Positions 1 to 8,100 of a stretch of 45,502 nucleotides of DNA are shown one piece after another. Source of the stretch: a virus (lineage: Duplodnaviria; Heunggongvirae; Uroviricota; Caudoviricetes); the IMG/VR virus record IMGVR_UViG_3300029705_000019; one strand, 5' to 3'. Every line of letters begins with the position of its first letter. Within the stretch, counting starts at the first letter, position 1. The notes below the pieces were generated by a model, which was not told the DNA's origin, searched no databases, and saw only the letters and a list, made by a program, of their open reading frames with translations. The position numbers and the translations under genes were made by a program.

Positions 1-561
1 AAGAAGGAGCTTCACAGGCTGAGCAAGCGTAAACGAATTAATACATGCGCCAGTAGTGAATGTAATAGCACCCTCTTCGTCTACATAGTATAACTTCTGA
101 ATTGGCTTTGAAATGATGCCCTTGGTGAGTTCCTTACTATTAAACTGAATCAAAGAAAGAAGAATATCACTTGAAATATTAAAATTAACAGTTGGATTAT
201 TAATATCAATTTCAGGAAGTTCCATCAACTCTTCTCCGTCAAAGATGAGGGGGAGCTTATATGTACCATTTCCCTTTACAACAAGAGAATTACCAACAAT
301 GTTAATCTCAATTGTTTCAGTAGTAATCTGATCAATGAGCTTCAGGAAAAGATTTGCATTTACAGTTGCATGAAAATCAATCTTTTCTTTCATCGGAATT
401 CTTACTCTTGCAAAATACTCTCTGTTAGTTACTGACATAACAAGATCTTCTTCCACAGTTTTAAGCTGCAGAGTTTCCGTAAGAACAGAAAGTGCGTTTG
501 AGTCTACAGCTGCAAGAATCTTACTAGCGGCAGACTGCAGTTCTTCAATACGAACAATCAT
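1..561 (-). CDS. DNA sliding clamp, beta-clamp (DnaN)-like; runs off the left edge
   Basis: Not in the ORF track because it is truncated. Manual translation from ATG at 561 (GAAAGG upstream): MIVRIEELQSAASKILAAVDSNALSVLTETLQLKTVEEDLVMSVTNREYFARVRIP...ATVNANLFLKLIDQITTETIEINIVGNSLVVKGNGTYKLPLI, matching the pattern of DnaN domain I. Open for 187 codons to the edge. Confidence 0.7.
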   Translation of the reverse strand, partial: MIVRIEELQSAASKILAAVDSNALSVLTETLQLKTVEEDLVMSVTNREYFARVRIPMKEKIDFHATVNANLFLKLIDQITTETIEINIVGNSLVVKGNGTYKLPLIFDGEELMELPEIDINNPTVNFNISSDILLSLIQFNSKELTKGIISKPIQKLYYVDEEGAITFTTGACINSFTLAQPVKLLL

Positions 562-599
562 CTTTTATTTTCCTTTCAAAATTTATTTTTACATATTAT

Positions 600-628
600 A
601 TTATAGTATAAATGAACAGATTAATCAA
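600..628 (-). promoter_or_regulatory. sigma70/sigmaA-type promoter for the clamp gene
   Basis: TTGATT (628-623), 17 nt, TATAAT (605-600). Confidence 0.75.
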
Positions 629-629
629 C

Positions 630-1340
630 TTATAACTTTGAAATCATCTGTTCATATTCTTCAACTGTATTAAAATCTTTTGTTGTATAATTCTTAATTT
701 CAAGAACTTCAGCCTTGATTGGTGTTTCATTGAATACATCCAAGAATGTGAATTCATTGCCGTGCTGATGTGTGTATTTTTGAAGTTCATCAGACCAAAT
801 ACTTTCTTGAAAATCATTCAAATGAATCATTAAATCGCAAACATTACCGAAAAAGAGACTTAAGTCATGCCAACCTGCTGTAATCGGTTCTTTATATTTG
901 GAAAATAATACTTTGACAGAGTCTTCATCAGGTACAATTTGAACATATGGATTGTTCTCATATACGCAAGGAATTACAATCTTGCCGTTATAAGCGTTTT
1001 TAATAACTGAATAAATTGATGTATCATGGAAACAATCTCCCCATTGAATAAAACATAAATCATCCTTTTTAATAATGCCACGTAGCATTATCAATTTACC
1101 GATGGCTCTCCAAACTGCATCACCACAACCATAACCAGATTGAATTGTTAGTGTTTTATAATTAGTGAATAAGTGTCTGTTGCTGTTTGAACATACAACA
1201 AACACTTCATCACAAACAGTTTGCATATTTCTAATGTTAATATCCAACATAGGTTCACCATTGATTGGCATTAAACATTTTGGTGTACTATTCTTGAATC
1301 TTGACTGATTTCCTGCTGCAATTATAAATCCGTATACCAT
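630..1340 (-). CDS. NTP transferase (MobA/GlmU/LicC/CofC-like nucleotidyltransferase superfamily)
   Basis: N-terminal IIAAGNQSRFKNSTPKCLMPINGEPM signature, plus WGD and a C-terminal DFNTVEEY. Confidence 0.8.
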   Translation of the reverse strand: MVYGFIIAAGNQSRFKNSTPKCLMPINGEPMLDINIRNMQTVCDEVFVVCSNSNRHLFTNYKTLTIQSGYGCGDAVWRAIGKLIMLRGIIKKDDLCFIQWGDCFHDTSIYSVIKNAYNGKIVIPCVYENNPYVQIVPDEDSVKVLFSKYKEPITAGWHDLSLFFGNVCDLMIHLNDFQESIWSDELQKYTHQHGNEFTFLDVFNETPIKAEVLEIKNYTTKDFNTVEEYEQMISKL

Positions 1341-1343
1341 ATG

Positions 1344-3089
1344 TCACTTTTTATCTTCGTTCAAAAGTCTGAGCAGTAAATTCGTTTCGTACACATCATG
1401 AACATGAATTGCATTTGCAACAACACGAGAAATATCTGCATCATTACCTCCATCAAATTCATCTCCAACGTAAAGAATTGTTGATGGATCCTCTTCGAAC
1501 TGATTCATAACAGTAGTTTTATTATTTTTCTTTGACACAATATCCACTGTTGTTCTTCCTGTCTTGCGTGCAACACAATCATCAAGACCTTCTTTAGGAA
1601 GCAAATAATCATTGAGATAGTCAGCCAAAAGTGTCTGCTCAAAACTAGAGAGAGGCTTAATCTTAACACATGTGGTAAATGTGTCAGAATTTTTTATTGC
1701 ACTAATATTGTACTTATCATTAAGTATGTTAACAACATTATCAATTTTTACTGTGTCCATAAGCAGTTCAGGTATCCAACTAACAACATTGCGACCAATA
1801 ATCTGAACAGCATTTGCATCAGCCCAAATGGGCACCTTGAAATCAGTTAAATCACCACCATAAATGTAGGAAATTTTTTCAGAAATACTATGGTATGAAT
1901 TTCCTGAAACAATAACAGAATTATAACCCTTCTTATAAACTTCATTGAGCAACTTTAAGTTATCAACTGACTTAAGATAATTAAATTTATCAATATCAGA
2001 ATTGTTTGCAGGTCTTGCCCAAAGAGTATCATCAAAATCAAAGATATACTTTTTATACTTTTCAACATTGATAATACCGAAGTAGATCTTATAAATTGCA
2101 GTTGCAAGGGCATTCGGATCATGTTTACCACCCTTCAAGTTCCCCATGTCAAATCTACAAATATTAACATCGGGATTATCCTGTCTGAGTGATTCAACCG
2201 CATCATTATTCTGAAGAATTATAAAATCAGAAAGATCAAGGCCAAGCTTCTGGAATCTATGAATCATCTGATTACTAGTAACTCCGTATGCATCTTTATC
2301 TTCTTCATTATTAAGAATCCAGATTTTTCTTGCCGTTGATTCATTAATATAACGATAGAAGTCATCGTACTGAAGAGTTGGATAGATAGAGGCCCAGAAG
2401 GTGCCTGTTGAGATAATGATGAGATCTGCATCTTTTACAGCCTGAATTGCAGCTGGATTTGTTGTGACATTTTCAGGCATATTATCATAAACGATGTTTG
2501 TAATTGTGTCATCCTTAGTTGCAAATTCAACAATTTCACCCTCATCTTCAATGAGCTTTCCCTGAGCAGTTTGAGCTTGAATGAAAACATTATCAAATGA
2601 ATTAAGAATTACAAAATCATTGAGTTTAAGAAGCTGACAAAAGAACCTATTAGTTTCTTCATATCCATGATCAGAATACATCTGTGAGTAGATAATGTTA
2701 GAAACACTGAAGTCTTTGTATGTATAATTTTTTGATTCAGGACGAGCAAAAAATCTTTCTGCATACAGAATAAGATATTCTAAGCCCCAAAAAACAAGTT
2801 TTTGAGTTACTTCCTTCAGCTCATCCCCCGGAGTAAAATCGTAACGACCCTCATAAAACTCAATGAGATTTTGATTCGGAATATCATACAGAGCTTTATA
2901 CATTCGATAATGATTCTTACGAATATCGGACACTCCGAGAGTATTTGTTACCTTACGACATACACCTGTTGATTTTCCGTTGTCATATGCGTTGACAAGA
3001 ACTTTAAGATTTACCTCAGGATACATCTTAACAATGCCCTTAACAAGAGAATCATTACCGGAACCACCTGATATAATTAAAGTATTCAT
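1344..3089 (-). CDS. CofD/YvcK (UPF0052)-family domain fused to a HAD-IIB phosphatase/phosphomutase domain
   Basis: N-terminal ISGGSG, VNAYDNGKSTG..R, SDIR and ADLIIISTGTFWASIYP are typical of YvcK/CofD. C-terminal FDFDDTLW, VSGN, KTGRTTVDI..K..NK and YVGDEFDGGND are HAD motifs I-IV, PMM-like. Confidence 0.8.
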   Translation of the reverse strand: MNTLIISGGSGNDSLVKGIVKMYPEVNLKVLVNAYDNGKSTGVCRKVTNTLGVSDIRKNHYRMYKALYDIPNQNLIEFYEGRYDFTPGDELKEVTQKLVFWGLEYLILYAERFFARPESKNYTYKDFSVSNIIYSQMYSDHGYEETNRFFCQLLKLNDFVILNSFDNVFIQAQTAQGKLIEDEGEIVEFATKDDTITNIVYDNMPENVTTNPAAIQAVKDADLIIISTGTFWASIYPTLQYDDFYRYINESTARKIWILNNEEDKDAYGVTSNQMIHRFQKLGLDLSDFIILQNNDAVESLRQDNPDVNICRFDMGNLKGGKHDPNALATAIYKIYFGIINVEKYKKYIFDFDDTLWARPANNSDIDKFNYLKSVDNLKLLNEVYKKGYNSVIVSGNSYHSISEKISYIYGGDLTDFKVPIWADANAVQIIGRNVVSWIPELLMDTVKIDNVVNILNDKYNISAIKNSDTFTTCVKIKPLSSFEQTLLADYLNDYLLPKEGLDDCVARKTGRTTVDIVSKKNNKTTVMNQFEEDPSTILYVGDEFDGGNDADISRVVANAIHVHDVYETNLLLRLLNEDKK

Positions 3090-3103
3090 TGTTCAACCTC
3101 CCC

Positions 3104-4006
3104 TTAAAATAGACTAACCTTTGTTACATTATTTTCTTTTACAATAGAACTTTTTGCTCCTCGAGCAACGTATGGTTTGATTCTGTCACGCTCATAATCA
3201 TTACGAGGTAAACAAATGTCTTTTCTTACTTCATAAGGATTAACATGATGATGATTCATTTTGTCAGCTGTTTCAAGAATATATTCATCAATCTTATCAA
3301 ACAGTGTGGGCGGATATTCATATGTGCCCTTCTCATTTGCCCATGTACATGACATCTTTGAAGATGGCTTGTTGATAATAACAGTTGGAGCAAGATAAGA
3401 ATTGGTAAAACGCTGTAATGTTCGAGCGAAATAAACATCATCAGCTGTTCCTTGTCTTGTATCACAACGATCATCAATGTAATATTCTTGATTATAATCA
3501 CGCTTAAAATTTTTGTGAAACAATCCGTGCATCCAATTGTAGCTCTTGTTATTTTTTGTCGGAACAATATGGACTGTATCAAAGAAATCTTCAGCTTTCT
3601 TAAACTGCATTCTTTCCTGTGAAATCCACATTCCAAGAGTTGCAAAAATTGCATCGCACTGATTTAGCTTGTCAGCTTGAATGGCTTGAATAATTGTTGT
3701 AACATCATTCAAAGTGGCTTTTGAAACCATCGAGTTTGCATCAATCCAGAATGCATAATCATAATCAGAATTATAAAAGTACTCAAGAAGTTTATTTCTT
3801 GGAAGTACCCAACCCATTCTTTCTGTTGCGTGACCTATATATGTAAATCTATCATCAAAATCTGATTCTTCAAAACATTGATCATAGATAACATACTTAT
3901 CAAGTTTTAGATGTTCATAATTATATTGAAGTGCTTTTTTGTTGATGTCGCGGTTGTTTGGCAACATCAAACACGGAATAAGAGCCATGATTTTTGCCAT
4001 AGACAA
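3104..4006 (-). CDS. GT-A fold glycosyltransferase-like protein (probable start is the ATG two codons in, after GGAGG)
   Basis: PRNKLLEYFYNSDYDYAFWIDAN (RN...DxD-like) and a DDVYF motif typical of GT2-like enzymes. Confidence 0.6.
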   Translation of the reverse strand: MSMAKIMALIPCLMLPNNRDINKKALQYNYEHLKLDKYVIYDQCFEESDFDDRFTYIGHATERMGWVLPRNKLLEYFYNSDYDYAFWIDANSMVSKATLNDVTTIIQAIQADKLNQCDAIFATLGMWISQERMQFKKAEDFFDTVHIVPTKNNKSYNWMHGLFHKNFKRDYNQEYYIDDRCDTRQGTADDVYFARTLQRFTNSYLAPTVIINKPSSKMSCTWANEKGTYEYPPTLFDKIDEYILETADKMNHHHVNPYEVRKDICLPRNDYERDRIKPYVARGAKSSIVKENNVTKVSLF

Positions 4007-4012
4007 CCTCCA

Positions 4013-4744
4013 TCAATCATTCCAACCAGGATATTCAATAAACTTGTACGCTCCAACAAGTTCACCATCAATAGAAATAATCTGACCTGTCATAACTGTA
4101 TTTTTAACAAGCAAGAAATATATCCATTCTGCGATTTCTTCTACAGTTGCAAGACGCTTTAATACGCTCAAATTTGCTATGTTATCCATAAGTTCAGGCT
4201 GTGCATAAAGTTCAGGTTCAAGAGAAGTACCCTGAATGCCTTTTTCAGGATCAGCTGCAACAATTCCATCAAGGTTAAGACCGTTAACAAGAACATGACG
4301 AGGATCTTTACCATAATTATTTGCAGCCCACATAGTTAGTGCATCTCGACCGCCCTGAGAAGCACAATAGCGGATGTTGTCATATCCTTTTCGACTTGCT
4401 GTTGATCCAATCTGAACAATGCTCTTAAGCATCTCATCATTTCCATACTTCTCAAGTACATTGATATAACCCATAAGATTAACATTCAAAGCTAGCTTCT
4501 GTGGAGTTACAATACCAGCGTTGTTAACAATATATGTAATATCAGTGACATCGGGTAATTCATGAGAATTGCTTACATCACATTTGTAATGAGTATAAGA
4601 AGTTGAATCAATTGTGGAGTCCTTCCAATCAAGTCCAACTACCTGAAAACCTTCATTAATAAACTTAATAGCTGCTGCACGACCGACACCACAACTTGTA
4701 CCAGTAATGAGCACTTTACCACGATAACATTCCATAATAGTCAC
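4013..4744 (-). CDS. Short-chain dehydrogenase/reductase (SDR)
   Basis: LITGTSCGVG (TGxxxGxG), NNAG, GSTAS, YCASQ (YxxxK variant), and a C-terminal TGQIISIDG. Confidence 0.85.
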   Translation of the reverse strand: MTIMECYRGKVLITGTSCGVGRAAAIKFINEGFQVVGLDWKDSTIDSTSYTHYKCDVSNSHELPDVTDITYIVNNAGIVTPQKLALNVNLMGYINVLEKYGNDEMLKSIVQIGSTASRKGYDNIRYCASQGGRDALTMWAANNYGKDPRHVLVNGLNLDGIVAADPEKGIQGTSLEPELYAQPELMDNIANLSVLKRLATVEEIAEWIYFLLVKNTVMTGQIISIDGELVGAYKFIEYPGWND

Positions 4745-4747
4745 CTC

Positions 4748-5968
4748 TTACCACAGCTCAACTTTCGTCTTTGGAACAATGGGCTTCATATTACGAATTC
4801 TTTCCATCCAGATTTCAGTGTCCTCAATATTAAATCTCGCACGAGCATAACAGTTTGTAGAAAGAACATTACCTGGATCGTATGTAACCTTATCCTTACC
4901 ATCAAATGTGAGATGATGTTCACCAAAGGTCCACGTGCCTTTAAATCCATCAACTACTTCATCTTCATCAGTATCCATGAGTTCAACTTTATCAAGTTTG
5001 AATTCATCAACAGCATTGCCATGAATAAGAAGAATGGTCTGATCATTATCTTTTCTCACTACATAATCGGTTTCATCAATTGTAAATTCAATCTGATTTA
5101 CATCTGTCACTCGATAGTTAGCTTCAAGAGGATTTACAAGATAGCCTCTTTCACGGATTATATCTTCAACAGCCTTCTGAAAACCTAAAGAACGCTCTCC
5201 GTAATAATTACCACAAAGTTTTTCACGCTGAACATCACTAATATAGATTGTCTTGTCTTCAATCGCAACCATTCCGTAAGCAGCACGTTTAACCCAAGAG
5301 GTTGCATCAGTTGAATAAACATCTATGTGTTCAAGTACAGAACGAACACCAACACCAAATGCGTGAGTCTTGATTTCAGGATTGCTACTCTCAGAAATAA
5401 TTTTCATGGCATCCTGACCCCATGCAATTCTTACCTTCTTTGTACCCTCCAAAGAAATAGCAAGACCCATATAGGCAACTTTTGACCCGTCTGGATGAAC
5501 ATGTTCGAGATACTTCTTGAGCCACTTCCAATCCTCACCATAGTGGAAAACAGGAATTAACTTATGACGAAGTTCAGGTTTAAGTTTTTCCCACATGTAA
5601 AGATAGTTCTTCCATGTTTTTTCGGCAAACGACTGATCCACATCATCAGGATTTGGGACGGAGTCAACTCCAACAAAGCATTCGAGTCCGTCACCCCACT
5701 CATTAAGGAACTCAAGATATGTATCAGTGTAAGCGTACATGTCTTCATCAGTTAGAACAATGCCCTTCTTCTTGGAGTTCTGATAATGAGTAAATGCACC
5801 AGAATCGCACATTATTTTCGCAGTATATTCTGGATGTTCTCGTTTATATTTGATGGTGTCAATAATTAAATTTTTTTCGTGATAAACCGTAAACAGCTGG
5901 TCACAATTCATTTCACGCTTTAGCGTTGGATGATATGCACCAGAGTAATAATATACTTGACAACTCAA
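4748..5968 (-). CDS. tRNA-guanine transglycosylase (TGT)/DpdA-like base-exchange enzyme
   Basis: CDSGAF, VD..P, IPVFH, KTHAFG and STDATSW...YG match the TGT TIM-barrel catalytic Asp motifs as seen in phage homologues. TTG start after GTGAGG. Confidence 0.75.
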   Translation of the reverse strand: MSCQVYYYSGAYHPTLKREMNCDQLFTVYHEKNLIIDTIKYKREHPEYTAKIMCDSGAFTHYQNSKKKGIVLTDEDMYAYTDTYLEFLNEWGDGLECFVGVDSVPNPDDVDQSFAEKTWKNYLYMWEKLKPELRHKLIPVFHYGEDWKWLKKYLEHVHPDGSKVAYMGLAISLEGTKKVRIAWGQDAMKIISESSNPEIKTHAFGVGVRSVLEHIDVYSTDATSWVKRAAYGMVAIEDKTIYISDVQREKLCGNYYGERSLGFQKAVEDIIRERGYLVNPLEANYRVTDVNQIEFTIDETDYVVRKDNDQTILLIHGNAVDEFKLDKVELMDTDEDEVVDGFKGTWTFGEHHLTFDGKDKVTYDPGNVLSTNCYARARFNIEDTEIWMERIRNMKPIVPKTKVELW

Positions 5969-6013
5969 TTATACATTAACCTCACTTTCTTTATTTGTAT
6001 TATTTACAATTAT

Positions 6014-6042
6014 ATTATAATATGGTTCGTTGATTTAATCAA
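6014..6042 (-). promoter_or_regulatory. sigmaA-type promoter for the TGT-like operon
   Basis: TTGATT (6042-6037), 17 nt, TATAAT (6019-6014). Confidence 0.75.
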
Positions 6043-6043
6043 C

Positions 6044-7507
6044 TTAATTTTCCCAAACATATGTGGCTTGGCCCGCATCATAAATCTCAACAAATCCATG
6101 TTTCAGCATCAATTCGTCATTACGAGTGCCTTTACCATAACAACCAAATTCTTTACCAAGCAATTGGTCAAATCCTCGCTGACGAAGTAAATTATCAGTT
6201 ATATGACGAGCATCTTTTGGATGAGCCCAGTGTTTACTTATGGATGAATCTTTGTATGTAAACCCCAGTTTTTCATATGTTTTGCCTTCAAACTTTGATT
6301 CGTCACAATAACTAACTATGCTTTTTGGCCGATATGTTTTTACAAAATAGCTGAACAATTTTTCTGCTCCACCAATAACATTATAAATTGAACAGTATCG
6401 AATAAGTTCATACTCATATCTTTGATTGTATCGAGGTTTTCCAAATGTCATAACTGATACAAGCTCATCGTTATAAAATAATCCGATATCGATTGAACTC
6501 TGTGCATAGCCCTGCAGATGATTGTTAATTAAAAATTGTTTTGTTGTAGTTTTATCAATAGAACTGATTGTACATTTACGAGCGTAGATGGTCAGCCTTG
6601 GAAGCAAAAGTTTGATAATCGATGAAAATTTGTCCCAATCCCAAATATGAATACACCTGTAACCATGAGCTTTTGCAGTGTCGCTTTTTCTTTTGTGATA
6701 TTCTTTTTGTAGCGGATCACCGCCATGTGGATTCCATGTAGAATTATGAGTTGGAATCGGATCAATTTCAATTAACACATTTCCAATCTTAAAATCATAA
6801 CTATAATTTTCAAGTCTAAATTCCCGCTGAATTTGATCCTCTGAAAATACCTTAAGAAGTTCATTATTAAATGCACAATTTGGACCACTGTTTTTACCAC
6901 CAGCAGATGTACGTGCTTCATCACGCATACATGGCCATGGAACTCCATATTTTTCGAGACAATTGTCGCTTAACTGTTGTTTTATATGAGGCGCTTGCAT
7001 TGGATTCTTTACACCATATTTTTCCATGCAAGTGGCTTCACATTGCTTATTGAACATAGGTGACTTTGCAAAATTATCAACACCATATTTTTCAGTGCTT
7101 GTTTTCCGTTGCTCAGCAACCATGTGCTCAACATACGCTTCATGAGAACCAAAAGTATGTGTATGTACAATTCGAAGTTCTTCAGCCTGAGTTCTTTTTG
7201 GTAAGTTTAACTCTTCGATGACCATACTCACAATTCGATCACTTGTGCGAAAAAAGTTTTTTGTTTCAAATCGTGTATGTGGCTCAAGATAATAATCAGC
7301 AACAGCTTGTTTCCACTCAATACATCTATTTCTGTAATGTGGTACATATTCTCGAGTTTTAACAAGATTAGCTTCATACAGTATTTGATACGCTATATCT
7401 GGGTGCATATCAAATGACTGTGCAAACTGTTTTGGATTGTTACCCAATAGATATTGTTCAATAACAAGTTGTCTTATATCTGTTGTTATATCTTTATAAC
7501 TTAGCAT
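6044..7507 (-). CDS. Hef-like putative homing endonuclease: HTH-like N-terminus, KYG repeats, PD-(D/E)xK/DUF559-like nuclease, GNAT/Mom-like C-terminal domain
   Basis: EKYGVDNF, EKYGVKNP and EKYGVPWP repeats; YSYDFKIGNVLIEID..H nuclease motif; HIWDWD; NHLQGY...YELIRYCS...GGAEKLF...IVSYCD...Y.KLGF. Confidence 0.65.
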   Translation of the reverse strand: MLSYKDITTDIRQLVIEQYLLGNNPKQFAQSFDMHPDIAYQILYEANLVKTREYVPHYRNRCIEWKQAVADYYLEPHTRFETKNFFRTSDRIVSMVIEELNLPKRTQAEELRIVHTHTFGSHEAYVEHMVAEQRKTSTEKYGVDNFAKSPMFNKQCEATCMEKYGVKNPMQAPHIKQQLSDNCLEKYGVPWPCMRDEARTSAGGKNSGPNCAFNNELLKVFSEDQIQREFRLENYSYDFKIGNVLIEIDPIPTHNSTWNPHGGDPLQKEYHKRKSDTAKAHGYRCIHIWDWDKFSSIIKLLLPRLTIYARKCTISSIDKTTTKQFLINNHLQGYAQSSIDIGLFYNDELVSVMTFGKPRYNQRYEYELIRYCSIYNVIGGAEKLFSYFVKTYRPKSIVSYCDESKFEGKTYEKLGFTYKDSSISKHWAHPKDARHITDNLLRQRGFDQLLGKEFGCYGKGTRNDELMLKHGFVEIYDAGQATYVWEN

Positions 7508-7528
7508 TGTAGTTGCTCCATTTATATA

Positions 7529-7557
7529 TTTATATAATGAAACTATTAGAAGATCAA
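7529..7557 (-). promoter_or_regulatory. sigmaA-type promoter for the Hef-like gene
   Basis: TTGATC (7557-7552), 17 nt, TATAAA (7534-7529). Confidence 0.6.
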
Positions 7558-7558
7558 C

Positions 7559-7726
7559 TTATTTGTTTAATTGTTTATTTTCTGTTTTTTCAGCTACATG
7601 CTGTTCAATAAGTTTTTTTACATAGTTCGAAATTGAGCGATCTTCCTTGTCGGCAAGAGCCTTAAGTTGTTCATACAATTCAATAGGTATGTATGTCTGA
7701 ACAACCATCTTATCTTTATAGATCAT
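7559..7726 (-). CDS. Ribbon-helix-helix (CopG-like) DNA-binding protein
   Basis: VVQTYIPIELYEQLKALADKEDRSISNYVKKLIEQHV. Start at ATG 7726 after AAGGAG. Confidence 0.8.
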   Translation of the reverse strand: MIYKDKMVVQTYIPIELYEQLKALADKEDRSISNYVKKLIEQHVAEKTENKQLNK

Positions 7727-7797
7727 TTGATTTTCTCCTTCACTTATATTATACAATGTTAATAATTTTATTTTAATAAAAATATTATCAAATAATT

Positions 7798-7826
7798 ACG
7801 AGCATAATATTTTCAATTATGCCCGC
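7798..7826 (-). terminator. Hairpin, probable terminator after the transporter pair
   Basis: Minus strand GCGGGCATAAT/ATTATGCTCGT stem with G-U pairs, followed by AATTATTT. Confidence 0.5.
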
Positions 7827-7833
7827 TTTTGAA

Positions 7834-8100
7834 TTATTTGTGTTTCATACATACAATTATATAGTAAATATTGACAAATACTAATACACCGTTTAACAAG
7901 ATCATACCAGCTCCAAGTGAACCGAGTAACACACCATAAACAACTGATACAACACTACCAATAAGATTAAACCACCTCATAAGTAGCGCTCCTCGCTTAG
8001 TACGTGTGTTAAAACACATAGAAACAAGAACTATCAAACTGGCCAATAGCCCAATGAGGGCTATTGGATCAGTTACTAAATTTATAAAATATTCAGTCAT
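7834..8100 (-). CDS. Small membrane protein, YgjV/SemiSWEET-like (about 3 TM helices)
   Basis: IGLLASLIVLVSM..., LMRWFNLIGSVVSVVYGVLLG. Its start overlaps the yhhQ stop (ATGA-type overlap). Confidence 0.55.
   Translation of the reverse strand: MTEYFINLVTDPIALIGLLASLIVLVSMCFNTRTKRGALLMRWFNLIGSVVSVVYGVLLGSLGAGMILLNGVLVFVNIYYIIVCMKHK

Noticed and set aside
1344-3089. Annotation as a host-type gluconeogenesis or cell-shape factor YvcK
   Set aside because: The HAD fusion and gene context do not fit the bacterial rapZ-yvcK-whiA setting. Family membership is accepted; that function is not.
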